DNA of 64,000 bases from Candidatus Pacearchaeota archaeon (GTDB lineage Archaea; Nanobdellota; Nanobdellia; Pacearchaeales; GW2011-AR1). Position numbers and translations under genes: made by a program. The notes below the pieces were generated by a model. That model ran no database searches, was not told where the DNA came from, and saw nothing but the letters and a program-made list of their open reading frames with translations. Below, one piece after another: positions 1 to 10,205 of the stretch (position 1 is the first letter of the stretch; every line of letters begins with the position of its first letter). The DNA is taken from NCBI GenBank assembly GCA_018221305.1, contig JAAOYK010000051.1, positions 20,085 to 84,084 on the forward strand. The letters run 5' to 3'.

Positions 1-371
1 ACATAATTAGAAATCGGCCGTGTAATTTTCATACGTTCTGCTATACGTTTTGGATCACAGTTAGATAATGACCTAGTATTTGTAGTTGTATCAATCCCAA
101 CATAAAATTTTGCATTTTTTACAGTATGCATCCGCAAATCTGGAAATTTCTTTAACTGCTTATCACTTGCGTGTTTATAATAAAAATCAGTCATACCCGG
201 CAAAGTTATATTTACAAGAGGATAAGCCCCTTGTAATATAACTTGCTTGTATAATTCAAGAATAAATTCTTGCGCTTCTATTCCCCCAGAGATCATGACA
301 TTTGTGTCTGGTAAAACTTTTAAAGAATATTTCAATATTAGTTGTGCTAACTTCCTAGTTCTGGGATCCAT
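1..371 (-). CDS. Aminopeptidase, M29 (AmpS/PepS) family, N-terminal part; runs off the window edge
   Basis: Not in the ORF track. Manual translation from ATG at 371 gives MDPRTRKLAQLILKYSLKVLPDTNVMISGGIEAQEFILELYKQVILQGAYP..., open to base 1, which resembles the M29 N-terminus. Confidence 0.8.
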   Translation of the reverse strand, partial: MDPRTRKLAQLILKYSLKVLPDTNVMISGGIEAQEFILELYKQVILQGAYPLVNITLPGMTDFYYKHASDKQLKKFPDLRMHTVKNAKFYVGIDTTTNTRSLSNCDPKRIAERMKITRPISNY

Positions 372-556
372 TTTTTTCGTCTTATAATCGTACCCTTTTC
401 CCCAAATCTCCTAGGTGGTTTATTTAACCAATATGCAAACAATTATTAGTACTTTTAAAGTTTATTATACTCAAAGAATTAATAATCCTAAACATACATA
501 TAAGAATATAGACAAATTTAGATCAATAATCATACAATCTCAAAAGAATATAGACA

Positions 557-1216
557 TTAAATTGGTGCAAAACCTTTTTTTATTCTTTCTTTCCAATTCA
601 TAGTTTTATGCTTTGCTTTTCCAATAAACATTACAATCAATGTAATCATACTACCAAAAGTTGCCAAAAACATATCCTTAGAAGCATCCCAAATGTCCCC
701 CTGAGTACCCAAAAAAACCAAATTTTTCGCAGGACCAACCAAAAACTCAGTAAGCCATTCCCCAACCTCATAAAATGCTGAAAAACTAACAATAATACTA
801 AACGGTAAGTAATAAGACCAAATTCCTTTTGCTTTTGCGATTTTTAAAAAAAACTCGCGTATTGGAACAATCATTAAAAGTCCAAACGAAAAATGAACCA
901 ACCGATCATAATGATTTCTTGCCAATCCAAAATAATCCTGAATCCAAGAACCGAATGGAACATTTGAGTATGTATAATGTGCCCCAAGGGTATGAAGCAT
1001 CATAAAAATGAAAATGCAAAAATAAGCAACATTTGAGAATCTAAATTTATAATAAGTCCAGATAAATAAAGGAACTGCAAAAAAAGCTAAAACATTTTCA
1101 AGAAGCCAAACAGTCCGATCCCTAGGATTAATTGCCAAAAGAATCCAAAATGCTAAATAACAAATTAAAAGGACTAATGGAAAACTAACCTTACCGATCT
1201 TTTTTTTATTCATCAT
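557..1216 (-). CDS. DUF2238/YjdF-like inner membrane protein
   Basis: Multi-TM protein with WLLEN, GAHYTYSNVPFG, RNHYDRLVHF and FLGTQGDIWDA motifs. Confidence 0.85.
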   Translation of the reverse strand: MMNKKKIGKVSFPLVLLICYLAFWILLAINPRDRTVWLLENVLAFFAVPLFIWTYYKFRFSNVAYFCIFIFMMLHTLGAHYTYSNVPFGSWIQDYFGLARNHYDRLVHFSFGLLMIVPIREFFLKIAKAKGIWSYYLPFSIIVSFSAFYEVGEWLTEFLVGPAKNLVFLGTQGDIWDASKDMFLATFGSMITLIVMFIGKAKHKTMNWKERIKKGFAPI

Positions 1217-1229
1217 AATATTAAACTGA

Positions 1230-3200
1230 TCATTTTTTTAAAAGTTTTGGCACAATTCCCTTTGATTTAATAACTTCAAAAATCCAAAGCAGAATCAAAA
1301 AAATATAAAATAAAACAAAAAAAAGCAATACAACAAAAATTAACCTCAAATACCAATAGGGTTTTTTTGAAACATAATTCTTATTAATATATTGCTTATA
1401 TCTGGAACAAAGATGTTTCTCAAAAAATTTCTCATAAGTTATGCCCTCTTCAAACAAGATAGGGCTAACTTCTAGAGGATCAGAAGTTAAGTCATAAGTA
1501 GTTACACTTTTATCTTCTAAAGAATAAACAGATTTAATATTGTTTTTAATTGATCCTACTTTTAATTCCCCAAAAGGTTGCACAGCCATTGCGCAATCCT
1601 CATAATCTTCTTCTTCAAAACCATCCTTTAAGTTAAAAATAAAAGAATTCGGCAAAGTTTGATTATTTAACAAACTAAACAATGTAGCTCTAAAATCCAA
1701 TTGCGAATGACGCCTTAGATTAACAGAACCAACCTTATACTCATGTTCAACATTTTTTGGAGGAATAAACAAAACAGGAATCAAAATGTTATCATCATAC
1801 AGACCCAAAGTATTATACTGATCAGGCTCTTCAAAAATAGGATAACTATGATCTCCAGTAATTATTAATAACGTATTATTATCACTATATTCATCAAAAA
1901 GTTTCATAAAAATATCTAAGTAATAATCTTGCCATGCAAGCGAATTTAAATAATGTTCATACACTTCTTCAGCATTTTTTATTGGAGGATCAAATTTTTT
2001 ATCATCTTCATAAGATTCAAACGGAAAATGATGAGCACTGATTTCAATGTAAGTAAAAATTTGATCGGGATTTTTATAATTATTATTCAGGTAATCAAAA
2101 ACACGCTCAAAAAATATTTCATCATAATATCCCCAATCAGCTTTTGCATCATCTTCTTGCATAATATCGCTTTGATGAATCTCATCAAATCCAACAGTTT
2201 CTATAAAATTTTCAAAATTAGTAAACTCCAAGGTATCTTCCCTAAAGAAAAGTGACCTATACCCAGATTTTCTTAACTGTACTGGGAGGCAGTCCTTATT
2301 TAGTTCATCAAGCCTAAAAGCAAAAGCACGGTTCATATTCAAAAAAACCCCACAAAACATATTTGCTTGAGCTCGAATCGTCCGCACACTATTTCCAATA
2401 TATTTCGGGAAAAAAATGCCCCGAGAAGCATATTTCCAGAGATTTGGTGTGAAAGAAGAGTTATAGTATTCACGTTCAACAGAAAAATTCCCTAAAACTC
2501 CAAAAGAATTTACAGACTCTAATTGCAAGACAATAACATTCATATCAGAATCAGTCTGATAATTAGAATCATCATACAATTGCTTAAAATAATTATTATC
2601 TATATCATATCTTTCATAAGTTTTGCGAACATAATTCATAAATCCAGAATCTGCTGCGCCCTGAACAAAAAGAATAGCTAAAAAAAGAAAAAATAATGGA
2701 ACCACGAGATATAAAGCATAATTTTTATGATTAATATCAATTTCCCATAAAGTCTTTTTTAAAATTCTAAAGATAATATAAATAATAAAAAGAATACCAA
2801 GAGCAATCAAAGTGACTATAAAAAGTCCATTAAATTTAATTGAAGCTATAAATACAGATTTAAGACCTGTAAAAAAGACAACCATATAACTAAAATCTCC
2901 ACCATTAAACAAATTTAAGGCAACCCCAACATAACATAAAAAATATATTGTAGAAAAAGTAATAATAAAAAATTTCTTTAAAAAAATACTTTTTTTCCCA
3001 TTATTAAGCCAGGCCACAAGCATAATTTGGATTAAGTAAAACAAAGCAAGAGACACCACAAAAAAAAAGGAAGTAAGAAGACTATCCCTGAATAAAATAG
3101 CATATAGTAAAAGTGGTAAAGAAAAAATAAACGCAACAATCGAAAAATAAAACGTATTTAAACCTAGTTTTCTTTTCAAAATATTACCTACTCTTTTCAT
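1230..3200 (-). CDS. LTA synthase-like / alkaline phosphatase-superfamily (sulfatase) membrane transferase
   Basis: About 5 N-terminal TM helices, then IVLQLES, the putative nucleophile Thr in NSVRT, SAHHFPF and IITGDH metal-binding motifs, plus an extra C-terminal TM. Confidence 0.8.
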   Translation of the reverse strand: MKRVGNILKRKLGLNTFYFSIVAFIFSLPLLLYAILFRDSLLTSFFFVVSLALFYLIQIMLVAWLNNGKKSIFLKKFFIITFSTIYFLCYVGVALNLFNGGDFSYMVVFFTGLKSVFIASIKFNGLFIVTLIALGILFIIYIIFRILKKTLWEIDINHKNYALYLVVPLFFLFLAILFVQGAADSGFMNYVRKTYERYDIDNNYFKQLYDDSNYQTDSDMNVIVLQLESVNSFGVLGNFSVEREYYNSSFTPNLWKYASRGIFFPKYIGNSVRTIRAQANMFCGVFLNMNRAFAFRLDELNKDCLPVQLRKSGYRSLFFREDTLEFTNFENFIETVGFDEIHQSDIMQEDDAKADWGYYDEIFFERVFDYLNNNYKNPDQIFTYIEISAHHFPFESYEDDKKFDPPIKNAEEVYEHYLNSLAWQDYYLDIFMKLFDEYSDNNTLLIITGDHSYPIFEEPDQYNTLGLYDDNILIPVLFIPPKNVEHEYKVGSVNLRRHSQLDFRATLFSLLNNQTLPNSFIFNLKDGFEEEDYEDCAMAVQPFGELKVGSIKNNIKSVYSLEDKSVTTYDLTSDPLEVSPILFEEGITYEKFFEKHLCSRYKQYINKNYVSKKPYWYLRLIFVVLLFFVLFYIFLILLWIFEVIKSKGIVPKLLKK

Positions 3201-3385
3201 TTTACAATCATATGTTTAATAGTCACTATAAATAGTTTTCTACCAAAAATAAAGTCATAAAGTCATAAAAATGAGTAAATAGACCTAATTTTTGACAAAA
3301 TCCATAATAGCAAGCCATCTACAGGCTTACAAAATAACAATTAGCATGCAACAACGTTTATAACAAAGTAAAATTTTTCAAAAAA

Positions 3386-4531
3386 ATGCAAAAAAGAAGG
3401 ATTTTAATTGCTATGCTAGAAATCGGTGACGGGCACAAATCTCCTGCAAATGCTCTAAAAAAATCAATAGAAAAATTATACCCAAAAAAGTACGAAATAA
3501 CAATTCTAGACCTTGCGCAAGAGCTAGGCTCAAAAATATTTTTCAATGCATACCATACATGTTGGACAAAAATAGGCCTAAATCTTCCAGAATCAATGCA
3601 CATAATATATACGCTTACAAATAACAAAATAGCTCAAAGAGCTGAAAGGATTTTGTTACTAAATTTAATAAACAAAACAAAAAAATATCTTATCAAACAA
3701 AAACCAGACCTGCTAATTAGCACACACTATTCAATGACTCACGTATTATCAAGAGCCAGAAGAAAACTAAAGATTCCTCTTATTTCAATAAACACAGATC
3801 CTTTTGATAGTCATCAACTTTGGGCAAGAAAAGATGTTGACAAAGTAATAACTTTTTCTAACCGCGCACATACTCAATTACTGCGAAAAGGAGTTAAAGA
3901 AAACAAATTAAAAATCATCAAAAACTCCTACATTTTAGATCACAAACATTCTTTGCCAACCCAAAACAAACAAAAATTAAGAAAAAAATTGCAACTTACC
4001 AACCAACCAACTATTTTAATGTCTGCAGGAGCAGAGGGAGTAAGCAACTTAAAACTTTTCGTAAAAAAAATCATTCAAAACAATTTAGACTATCAAATAA
4101 TCTTCATATGCGCAAGGAACAAAAAGCTAAAAAAAGAGATCGAAAGAATATCAACAAAAAAATCAAAAACAAACCTTTTAGTTTTAGGTTATGTTGAGAA
4201 TATGCATGAACTTATAGCAGCTTCAGACCTAGTACTTGGAAAACCTGGAGCTTCGCAAACCTTTGAAGTTCTTTCAAAAAATAAACCAATAATTTATACA
4301 TCTTGTATGATCAACGAGTTTCCAACGTTAAAATTTGTTACAAAAAATAAAATTGGATGGTACACTCCAACCACTAAAAAATTTCTACAACTTTTAAACA
4401 AAATAGGGGGAAATCCCGAAATCTTAATAAAAATACAAGAACAAATAAAAAACTTCAAGTTTAGATCTTGCACTCCAGATTTAGCAAAATATATAATAAA
4501 AACATTTCTAAAACCTACTCAAGAGTTTTAG
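3386..4531 (+). CDS. GT28 glycosyltransferase, MGDG synthase/UgtP-like
   Basis: GDGHKSPANAL, PDLLISTH, GYVENMHELIAASDLVLGKPG motifs. Confidence 0.85.
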   Translation: MQKRRILIAMLEIGDGHKSPANALKKSIEKLYPKKYEITILDLAQELGSKIFFNAYHTCWTKIGLNLPESMHIIYTLTNNKIAQRAERILLLNLINKTKKYLIKQKPDLLISTHYSMTHVLSRARRKLKIPLISINTDPFDSHQLWARKDVDKVITFSNRAHTQLLRKGVKENKLKIIKNSYILDHKHSLPTQNKQKLRKKLQLTNQPTILMSAGAEGVSNLKLFVKKIIQNNLDYQIIFICARNKKLKKEIERISTKKSKTNLLVLGYVENMHELIAASDLVLGKPGASQTFEVLSKNKPIIYTSCMINEFPTLKFVTKNKIGWYTPTTKKFLQLLNKIGGNPEILIKIQEQIKNFKFRSCTPDLAKYIIKTFLKPTQEF

Positions 4532-5603
4532 CCAAATTTAGTGCAGCTTCAACAGCCTTATCCATATTTAAATACCGATACTCTGCAAGACGTCCGATAA
4601 AATATACATTTTTTTTATTGTTTGCTTCTTGCAAATATTTTTTTGCCAAAGTCAAATTATTTTCATCCATTAAAGGATAACTTGGCTCCCCATCCCATGT
4701 AAAAAATTCCTTACAAATAACAGTCTCGTTACTATCAAGATTATAAAATTTCTTAAACTCAGTTACACGCGCAAAATCCTTATTGATATCAGGATGATTA
4801 ATTACAGAATTTACCTGAAAACTAGGGATTGAATGTTTTTCAAAAACAAAATTTATCCCACGATATTTTAAAGGACCATATTTATGATTAAAAAATCGAT
4901 CAATAGGACCAGTATAAATAATTTTAGAAGTCTTTAAACGACTTACAACATCAAAAAAGTCAGTATTCAAAGCAATCTTTATATTTTTATGATTCAACAA
5001 ATTTGTAAACAAATTTGTAAACCCCTTACTGGGCATACCTTGAAATTCATCATTAAAATAATTTGGGTTTCTATCATAACGTATCGGTAATCTTTCCAAA
5101 ACCATACGATGCAATTCTTGTGGATACCGATCCCATTGTTTTTTTGTGTAATGTTTTACAAACGCTTCATATAACTCATTTCCAAATTTTGAAACAACAA
5201 CATCTCTTGAGTTTTTTATGTCACTTATTTTTTCTCGAATACTCTCTAAAAAAATTTTTAACTCGTTAGGAGAATTTAAATTTAAGTTGTAATACTTATT
5301 TACAGTATCGAGATTAATAGGTATTGGATAATGTTCTCCTTGATAATCTGCCAGAACCTTGTGTTGATAATCATTCCACTTAGTAAATTTTGACAGATAA
5401 TCAAAAACTTGCTTATTGTCTGTATGAAAAATATGAGGCCCATATTTTTGAATCAAAATATTTCCGTGATTATAATCATAACAATTCCCGCCAATATGAT
5501 CCCTTTTATCCAAAATTAACACAGATTTGCCCGTACTTGCAAGTTGCTCTGCAATAACAGAACCTGCAAATCCGCTACCAACCACAACAACATCATATGC
5601 CAT
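4515..5603 (-). CDS. glf: UDP-galactopyranose mutase
   Basis: FAD motif VVGSGFAG, HIGGNCYD, YGPHIFHT, YTKKQW, GRLAEYRYLNMD. Confidence 0.95.
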   Translation of the reverse strand: MAYDVVVVGSGFAGSVIAEQLASTGKSVLILDKRDHIGGNCYDYNHGNILIQKYGPHIFHTDNKQVFDYLSKFTKWNDYQHKVLADYQGEHYPIPINLDTVNKYYNLNLNSPNELKIFLESIREKISDIKNSRDVVVSKFGNELYEAFVKHYTKKQWDRYPQELHRMVLERLPIRYDRNPNYFNDEFQGMPSKGFTNLFTNLLNHKNIKIALNTDFFDVVSRLKTSKIIYTGPIDRFFNHKYGPLKYRGINFVFEKHSIPSFQVNSVINHPDINKDFARVTEFKKFYNLDSNETVICKEFFTWDGEPSYPLMDENNLTLAKKYLQEANNKKNVYFIGRLAEYRYLNMDKAVEAALNLAKTLE

Positions 5604-5611
5604 AAAAGAAA

Positions 5612-5644
5612 ACCAAAAACCAAATTTATAAACTCTTCTTTGCT
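5612..5644. repeat. 33-bp direct repeat, copy 1; contains a TATA box upstream of glf
   Basis: accaaaaaccaaatttataaactcttctttgct; 32/33 identical to 12006-12038. Confidence 0.9.
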
Positions 5645-5752
5645 GTAAAAAAGATAATGCAATACCTAGAATCTCTTTAATTTAATTAATCAAATTTTAG
5701 TATATATTAAGGTACAATTAATTTTATAATAGGACTGATACATAATAAATTT

Positions 5753-6259
5753 ATGCAAAAAAAAGGAAGACTAGTTTGGATCACTGGCCTTGCTGGATCT
5801 GGAAAAACAACCCTAGCAAAAAGGCTTCAAGAGGAAATGGACTACAAACCAGTTCATCTTGACGGCGATAACATCAGAGAAATTTTAGATGAAACCACAA
5901 CACACGGCATTGATGGAAGGCAAAGAACTGCAAAAATTTATTCAAAACTATGCAGTTATCTAACTAATCAAGGTCATGACGTAATCATGAGCACAATCTC
6001 ATTATTTCACGATATTCATGACTACAACAAAGAACATAATAAAAATTACTATGAAGTCTTGCTTCAGGTAGATCCTGATATTTTAAGACAAAGAGATAAA
6101 AAAGATTTATACACAACAGCAGACGGAAATGTTATGGGACTCCACCAAACCCCAGAATTTCCAAAAAATCCTACACTTGTACTTACAAACAATAATGAAG
6201 AAGAGATTGACCAAAACGTTCAAGCAATAATAAAGGTGTTAAACAATGGAAAAGCATAA
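5753..6259 (+). CDS. cysC: Adenylyl-sulfate kinase-like protein; probable cytidine diphosphoramidate 3'-kinase (Cj1415-like)
   Basis: P-loop WITGLAGSGKTT, HLDGDNIR, RDKKDLY. Context matches the phosphoramidate operon and no ATP sulfurylase is in the window. Confidence 0.85.
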   Translation: MQKKGRLVWITGLAGSGKTTLAKRLQEEMDYKPVHLDGDNIREILDETTTHGIDGRQRTAKIYSKLCSYLTNQGHDVIMSTISLFHDIHDYNKEHNKNYYEVLLQVDPDILRQRDKKDLYTTADGNVMGLHQTPEFPKNPTLVLTNNNEEEIDQNVQAIIKVLNNGKA

Positions 6260-7025
6260 AGCATCAGATTATACAGGCAAAGGAGAAAATTATCGCAAAT
6301 ACCGGTCTGGATATTCAGATACTGTACTAAACCTTATTCTTGCCCATACAGGCTTAGCTTACAGCGAGCAAAGCAAAACAGTCGCAGACATCGGAGCAGG
6401 AACAGGAATATTTTCAAGGCAGCTAGCAGATAAAGGCCTCAATGTTATTTCAGTAGAACCAAATGATGATATGAGAGCTAATGGGGAAGAATATACCAAA
6501 GATTACCGAAATGTCTCCTGGAGAAAAGGAGATGGAGAAAATACAGGTCTTGCAAATAAATCAGTTAACTTGGTCACAATGGCTTCAGCCTTTCACTGGA
6601 CAGACCCAAACAAATCATTACCAGAATTTTATAGAATATTAAAAGATAAAGGATATGTCACACTTTTATGGAACCCGCTTGTCAAACAAGGAGACCCAAT
6701 CCAAGAACAGGTTGAACAAATCATACAGACCAACATCCCAAACCTGTCCCGTGGTTTCAGAAGCGGAGAAAACTCAAAAGAACTTTTAATGTCAAGCGGA
6801 TATTTTACAGACGTTTTAGAGATGCGTCACGTACACAAAAGCACACAATCAAAAGATCACTACATCAGTGCCTGGAAGGCCGCAAATCATGTAAGAACAA
6901 GTGCTGAAGAAATTGGTCCAAAAGTCTTTGACAACATCATAAACAGTATCACTGACCTTTTGAAAGATAAAGAAACAATTGATGTTCCATACTTAACAAA
7001 GGCCTGGATTGCTCAAAAAAAATAA
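6246..7025 (+). CDS. Class I SAM-dependent methyltransferase (Cj1419/Cj1420-like)
   Basis: ADIGAGTG motif I, VEPNDDMR, MASAFHWTD. Confidence 0.85.
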   Translation: MEKHKASDYTGKGENYRKYRSGYSDTVLNLILAHTGLAYSEQSKTVADIGAGTGIFSRQLADKGLNVISVEPNDDMRANGEEYTKDYRNVSWRKGDGENTGLANKSVNLVTMASAFHWTDPNKSLPEFYRILKDKGYVTLLWNPLVKQGDPIQEQVEQIIQTNIPNLSRGFRSGENSKELLMSSGYFTDVLEMRHVHKSTQSKDHYISAWKAANHVRTSAEEIGPKVFDNIINSITDLLKDKETIDVPYLTKAWIAQKK

Positions 7026-7037
7026 AACTTCTTAAAA

Positions 7038-9407
7038 ATGGTGGATTTTATATTTGGAACTAAAGCAGAAACTTTAAAGAAGATCAAACCACTTGTAAAG
7101 GAAAGTCTTGTTCTTGATCATTTATCTTTTTCAGTAACTGACTGGATAAACAGCAAAGAAGAAATAATCAAAGAAATCATAAAGTTTTTTGACACAGATT
7201 TAATTGCTATAAGGAGTAGCTCATTAAACGAAGACACTCTTAATTCTTCACAAGCAGGAAATTATGAAACAATCTTAAACGTTCCAAAAAATGACATACA
7301 CTCAATAATTAAAGCCGTAGAAAAAGTTAAAGAAAGTTACACAAAAAAAGGACAACCAGACCCAAATGATCAAATTTTAGTTCAGCCAATGATAAAAAAT
7401 GTTATTTTGAGCGGCGTAGTATTTACGCGGTGCCATAATACAGGTGCACCATATCTAGTTATAAACTATGACGACATGTCCGGAAAAACTTATAGTGTCA
7501 CGGGTGGGTCTGGAAACTTAAAAACATTTACTTATCTCAAATCTTCAGAAAAACTTCCAACTAACCCTCACCTAAATAAAGTGATAAAACTCGTAAACGA
7601 GATTGAAACGATTACTAACAATGATAGTTTAGACATAGAATTTGCAATTAATGATATTGGGATCTTCCTATTACAAATACGCCCATTAACAACCTTAAAA
7701 CAAATAGACCCTTTTTTAGATGAAAATCTAAAATCCACAATTAAAAGAATTAAAGAGTTCATTCAGACAAACGATAAAAAGTTTCCAAACCTGCACGGCT
7801 ATAAAGCGATTTTCGGTTCCATGCCTGACTGGAACCCTGCAGAGATAATAGGCGAATCACCAAAACCTTTGGCATTTTCACTTTACAGAGAATTAATTAC
7901 TGATTCAATATGGCCGCTAAGCAGAAAAAAGATCGGATATAAAGATGTTGGCTATCATCCAGGAGTTGTATCTCTTGGCGGCAAACCTTATGTTGATGTG
8001 CGTCTAAGCTTTAACACATTTGTCCCGGCCTCACTTTCAGAAACTACTTCTGAAAAACTAGTTAATTTTTATATAGATAAACTAATAAATAATCCAAAAT
8101 GGCACGACAAAGTAGAATTCAAGATAGCTCATACTTGCTACAAGTTTGGTTTTGAAAAAGAAGAGCAAGAATTACAGCAAAACAACTTCTCCCCTTTACA
8201 GATAAAAGAAATAAAAGATTCATTAATTGAATTGACAAACAAAATTGTTAATAACCACCACACATCAATTGATCAAGAATTAGAGCTCAACTACTCTCTC
8301 GGCAACAGAAGAGAAAAAATAGTCAATTCAGATATCGAAGATGACGTCAAAATTTCTCAACTGATCCATGACTGTAAATATTATGGCACCTTACCATTCT
8401 CAAAACTAGCACGTTTTGCATTCATAGGAAACATTTTATTAACTTCATTAGTAGACAAAGGCGTAGTCACAACAGACGAAAAAGATTTATTTTTCAGATC
8501 TATCCGCTCTGTAGCAACTGAATTTTTAGAAACATTACAAGAATTTAAAAACAACCAAATAACTAAAGAAGATTTTTTAAAAAAATTTGGGCACTTAAGG
8601 CCAGGAACTTATGATCTTTGCTCAAAAACATACAATGAAAATTTTGATGAATATTTTATTATAACAAGTATAAAAGAGAAAAATGAACAACAAATCCAAT
8701 TTGATTTTAGTATTGAGAAAAAGACAATCATAGATAACGAGATTAAAAAAGAAGGCCTTGACTTCTCAGCAGACCAGTTTTTAGAGTTTACAAGAAAAGC
8801 ATTAATAGCCCGCGAAAGATCAAAATTTGAGTTTACAAAAAATCTTAGCCTGGTACTTGACTATTGCCACAAATTTATGTCAAAACACGGGTTTAGTAAA
8901 GAAGACGTAACTTTTTTAGAAATTAATGACATAATCTTATTTTCACACAAATCAAAATCAATAAACGAGATTGAAGAACTAAAAAATAAAATTAAAAAAA
9001 GTATGACCAACTATCAAATAACAAAAGCTCTTAGATTGCCACCATTAATATACTTAGACAGAAGCACAGAGTATTTTCATCAATTTGACAGTCAGCCAAA
9101 CTATATTACAAACAAATCCATTACTGGAAAGATCATAAATTTATCAGAACACAAAACAACAGAAGATATAAAAAACAAAATAGTCTTGATAACAAATGCT
9201 GATCCAGGGTATGACTGGATCTTTGGCCACAACATTAAAGGATTAATAACAAAATATGGTGGAGTAGCGTCTCACATGTCAATAAGATGTGCAGAATTCG
9301 GACTTCCAGCAGCAATCGGTTGTGGAGAAACAATCTTTGAACATATCCGCAAATTTGAAAATATTGAGCTTAATTGCGGAACAAACCAAATAAAAGGAAT
9401 ATCTTAA
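7038..9407 (+). CDS. PEP-utilising/PPDK-like enzyme; probable L-glutamine kinase (Cj1418-like)
   Basis: N-terminal ATP-grasp (IRSSSLNED...SQAG, LDIEFA, LLQIRP), MPDWNPAEIIG, and a C-terminal phospho-His domain NADPGYDWIF...GGVASHMSIRCAEFGLPAAIGCG. Confidence 0.85.
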   Translation: MVDFIFGTKAETLKKIKPLVKESLVLDHLSFSVTDWINSKEEIIKEIIKFFDTDLIAIRSSSLNEDTLNSSQAGNYETILNVPKNDIHSIIKAVEKVKESYTKKGQPDPNDQILVQPMIKNVILSGVVFTRCHNTGAPYLVINYDDMSGKTYSVTGGSGNLKTFTYLKSSEKLPTNPHLNKVIKLVNEIETITNNDSLDIEFAINDIGIFLLQIRPLTTLKQIDPFLDENLKSTIKRIKEFIQTNDKKFPNLHGYKAIFGSMPDWNPAEIIGESPKPLAFSLYRELITDSIWPLSRKKIGYKDVGYHPGVVSLGGKPYVDVRLSFNTFVPASLSETTSEKLVNFYIDKLINNPKWHDKVEFKIAHTCYKFGFEKEEQELQQNNFSPLQIKEIKDSLIELTNKIVNNHHTSIDQELELNYSLGNRREKIVNSDIEDDVKISQLIHDCKYYGTLPFSKLARFAFIGNILLTSLVDKGVVTTDEKDLFFRSIRSVATEFLETLQEFKNNQITKEDFLKKFGHLRPGTYDLCSKTYNENFDEYFIITSIKEKNEQQIQFDFSIEKKTIIDNEIKKEGLDFSADQFLEFTRKALIARERSKFEFTKNLSLVLDYCHKFMSKHGFSKEDVTFLEINDIILFSHKSKSINEIEELKNKIKKSMTNYQITKALRLPPLIYLDRSTEYFHQFDSQPNYITNKSITGKIINLSEHKTTEDIKNKIVLITNADPGYDWIFGHNIKGLITKYGGVASHMSIRCAEFGLPAAIGCGETIFEHIRKFENIELNCGTNQIKGIS

Positions 9408-9408
9408 A

Positions 9409-10203
9409 ATGAAAGCAATAATTTGTGCAGCAGGTATGGGGACACGTCTTGGAAAATATACAGAAAATCTTCCAAAATGTATGCTAGAGTTTAACAACAA
9501 ACCCTTACTTGAACACCAAGTAGATACATTAAGATCCTCAGGAATAAATGACATAAGCATTGTCAGAGGTTACATGCCAGACAAGATAAACATCACTGGA
9601 ACCAAATATTATGAAAATCCAGACTTTGCTACAACAAACATGGTTGCTTCATTAATGACTGCAGAAAAAGAAATGTCCACAGATTCAGAGATCCTTATTT
9701 GTTATGCAGACATTCTTTATGAAAAACGTTTGATTGACAAAATCCAGAAAAGTAAATCACCTGTTTCCGTCCTTGTAGACGATGACTGGGCCCCTTACTG
9801 GATGGCAAGACTAGATGATTGGAGATCAGATATTGAGAGTTTAACCTATGATTCAGAAAGCAAAATTATAGACATTGGAAACCCACATTGCAAACTCGAA
9901 GATGCAATGTCAAGATATATTGGATTAATAAAATTCAATAATCAAGGCATCCAAGCATTTAAAGAAATTTTTCATGAAAATAAAAAGAAACATTGGAATT
10001 CAAGTGAGCCCTGGCTGCGCTCTAAATCATTTAAACAAGCCTACATGACATGCATGTTACAGGAAATGGTAAACAAGGGAATAGATGTACATGCCGTGCA
10101 TACAAAAAAAGGATGGCTTGAGTTTGACACATCCGAGGACATAGAAAAAGCAATACAATGGAACAAGACAGGAGAAATTAAAAAGTACATAAATCTTAAA
10201 TAA
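9409..10203 (+). CDS. Phosphocholine cytidylyltransferase-family NTP transferase (Cj1416-like)
   Basis: AIICAAGMGTRLG...LPKC, TNMVASL, YADILY, WLEFDT motifs. Confidence 0.85.
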   Translation: MKAIICAAGMGTRLGKYTENLPKCMLEFNNKPLLEHQVDTLRSSGINDISIVRGYMPDKINITGTKYYENPDFATTNMVASLMTAEKEMSTDSEILICYADILYEKRLIDKIQKSKSPVSVLVDDDWAPYWMARLDDWRSDIESLTYDSESKIIDIGNPHCKLEDAMSRYIGLIKFNNQGIQAFKEIFHENKKKHWNSSEPWLRSKSFKQAYMTCMLQEMVNKGIDVHAVHTKKGWLEFDTSEDIEKAIQWNKTGEIKKYINLK

Positions 10204-10205
10204 AA

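Noticed and set aside
415..603. 62-aa ORF and a 13-bp repeat (aagaatatagaca at 502 and 544) in the first intergenic region
   Set aside because: The translation is low-complexity and AT-rich and overlaps a convergent gene; the short repeat has no supporting context.
5753..6259. Sulfate assimilation / PAPS synthesis locus
   Set aside because: No ATP sulfurylase or reductase is nearby, and all neighbours fit the phosphoramidate pathway.
7038..9407. Gluconeogenic PEP synthase or PPDK
   Set aside because: The phospho-His domain is C-terminal and there is no PEP/pyruvate-binding barrel; the architecture matches Cj1418-type enzymes.
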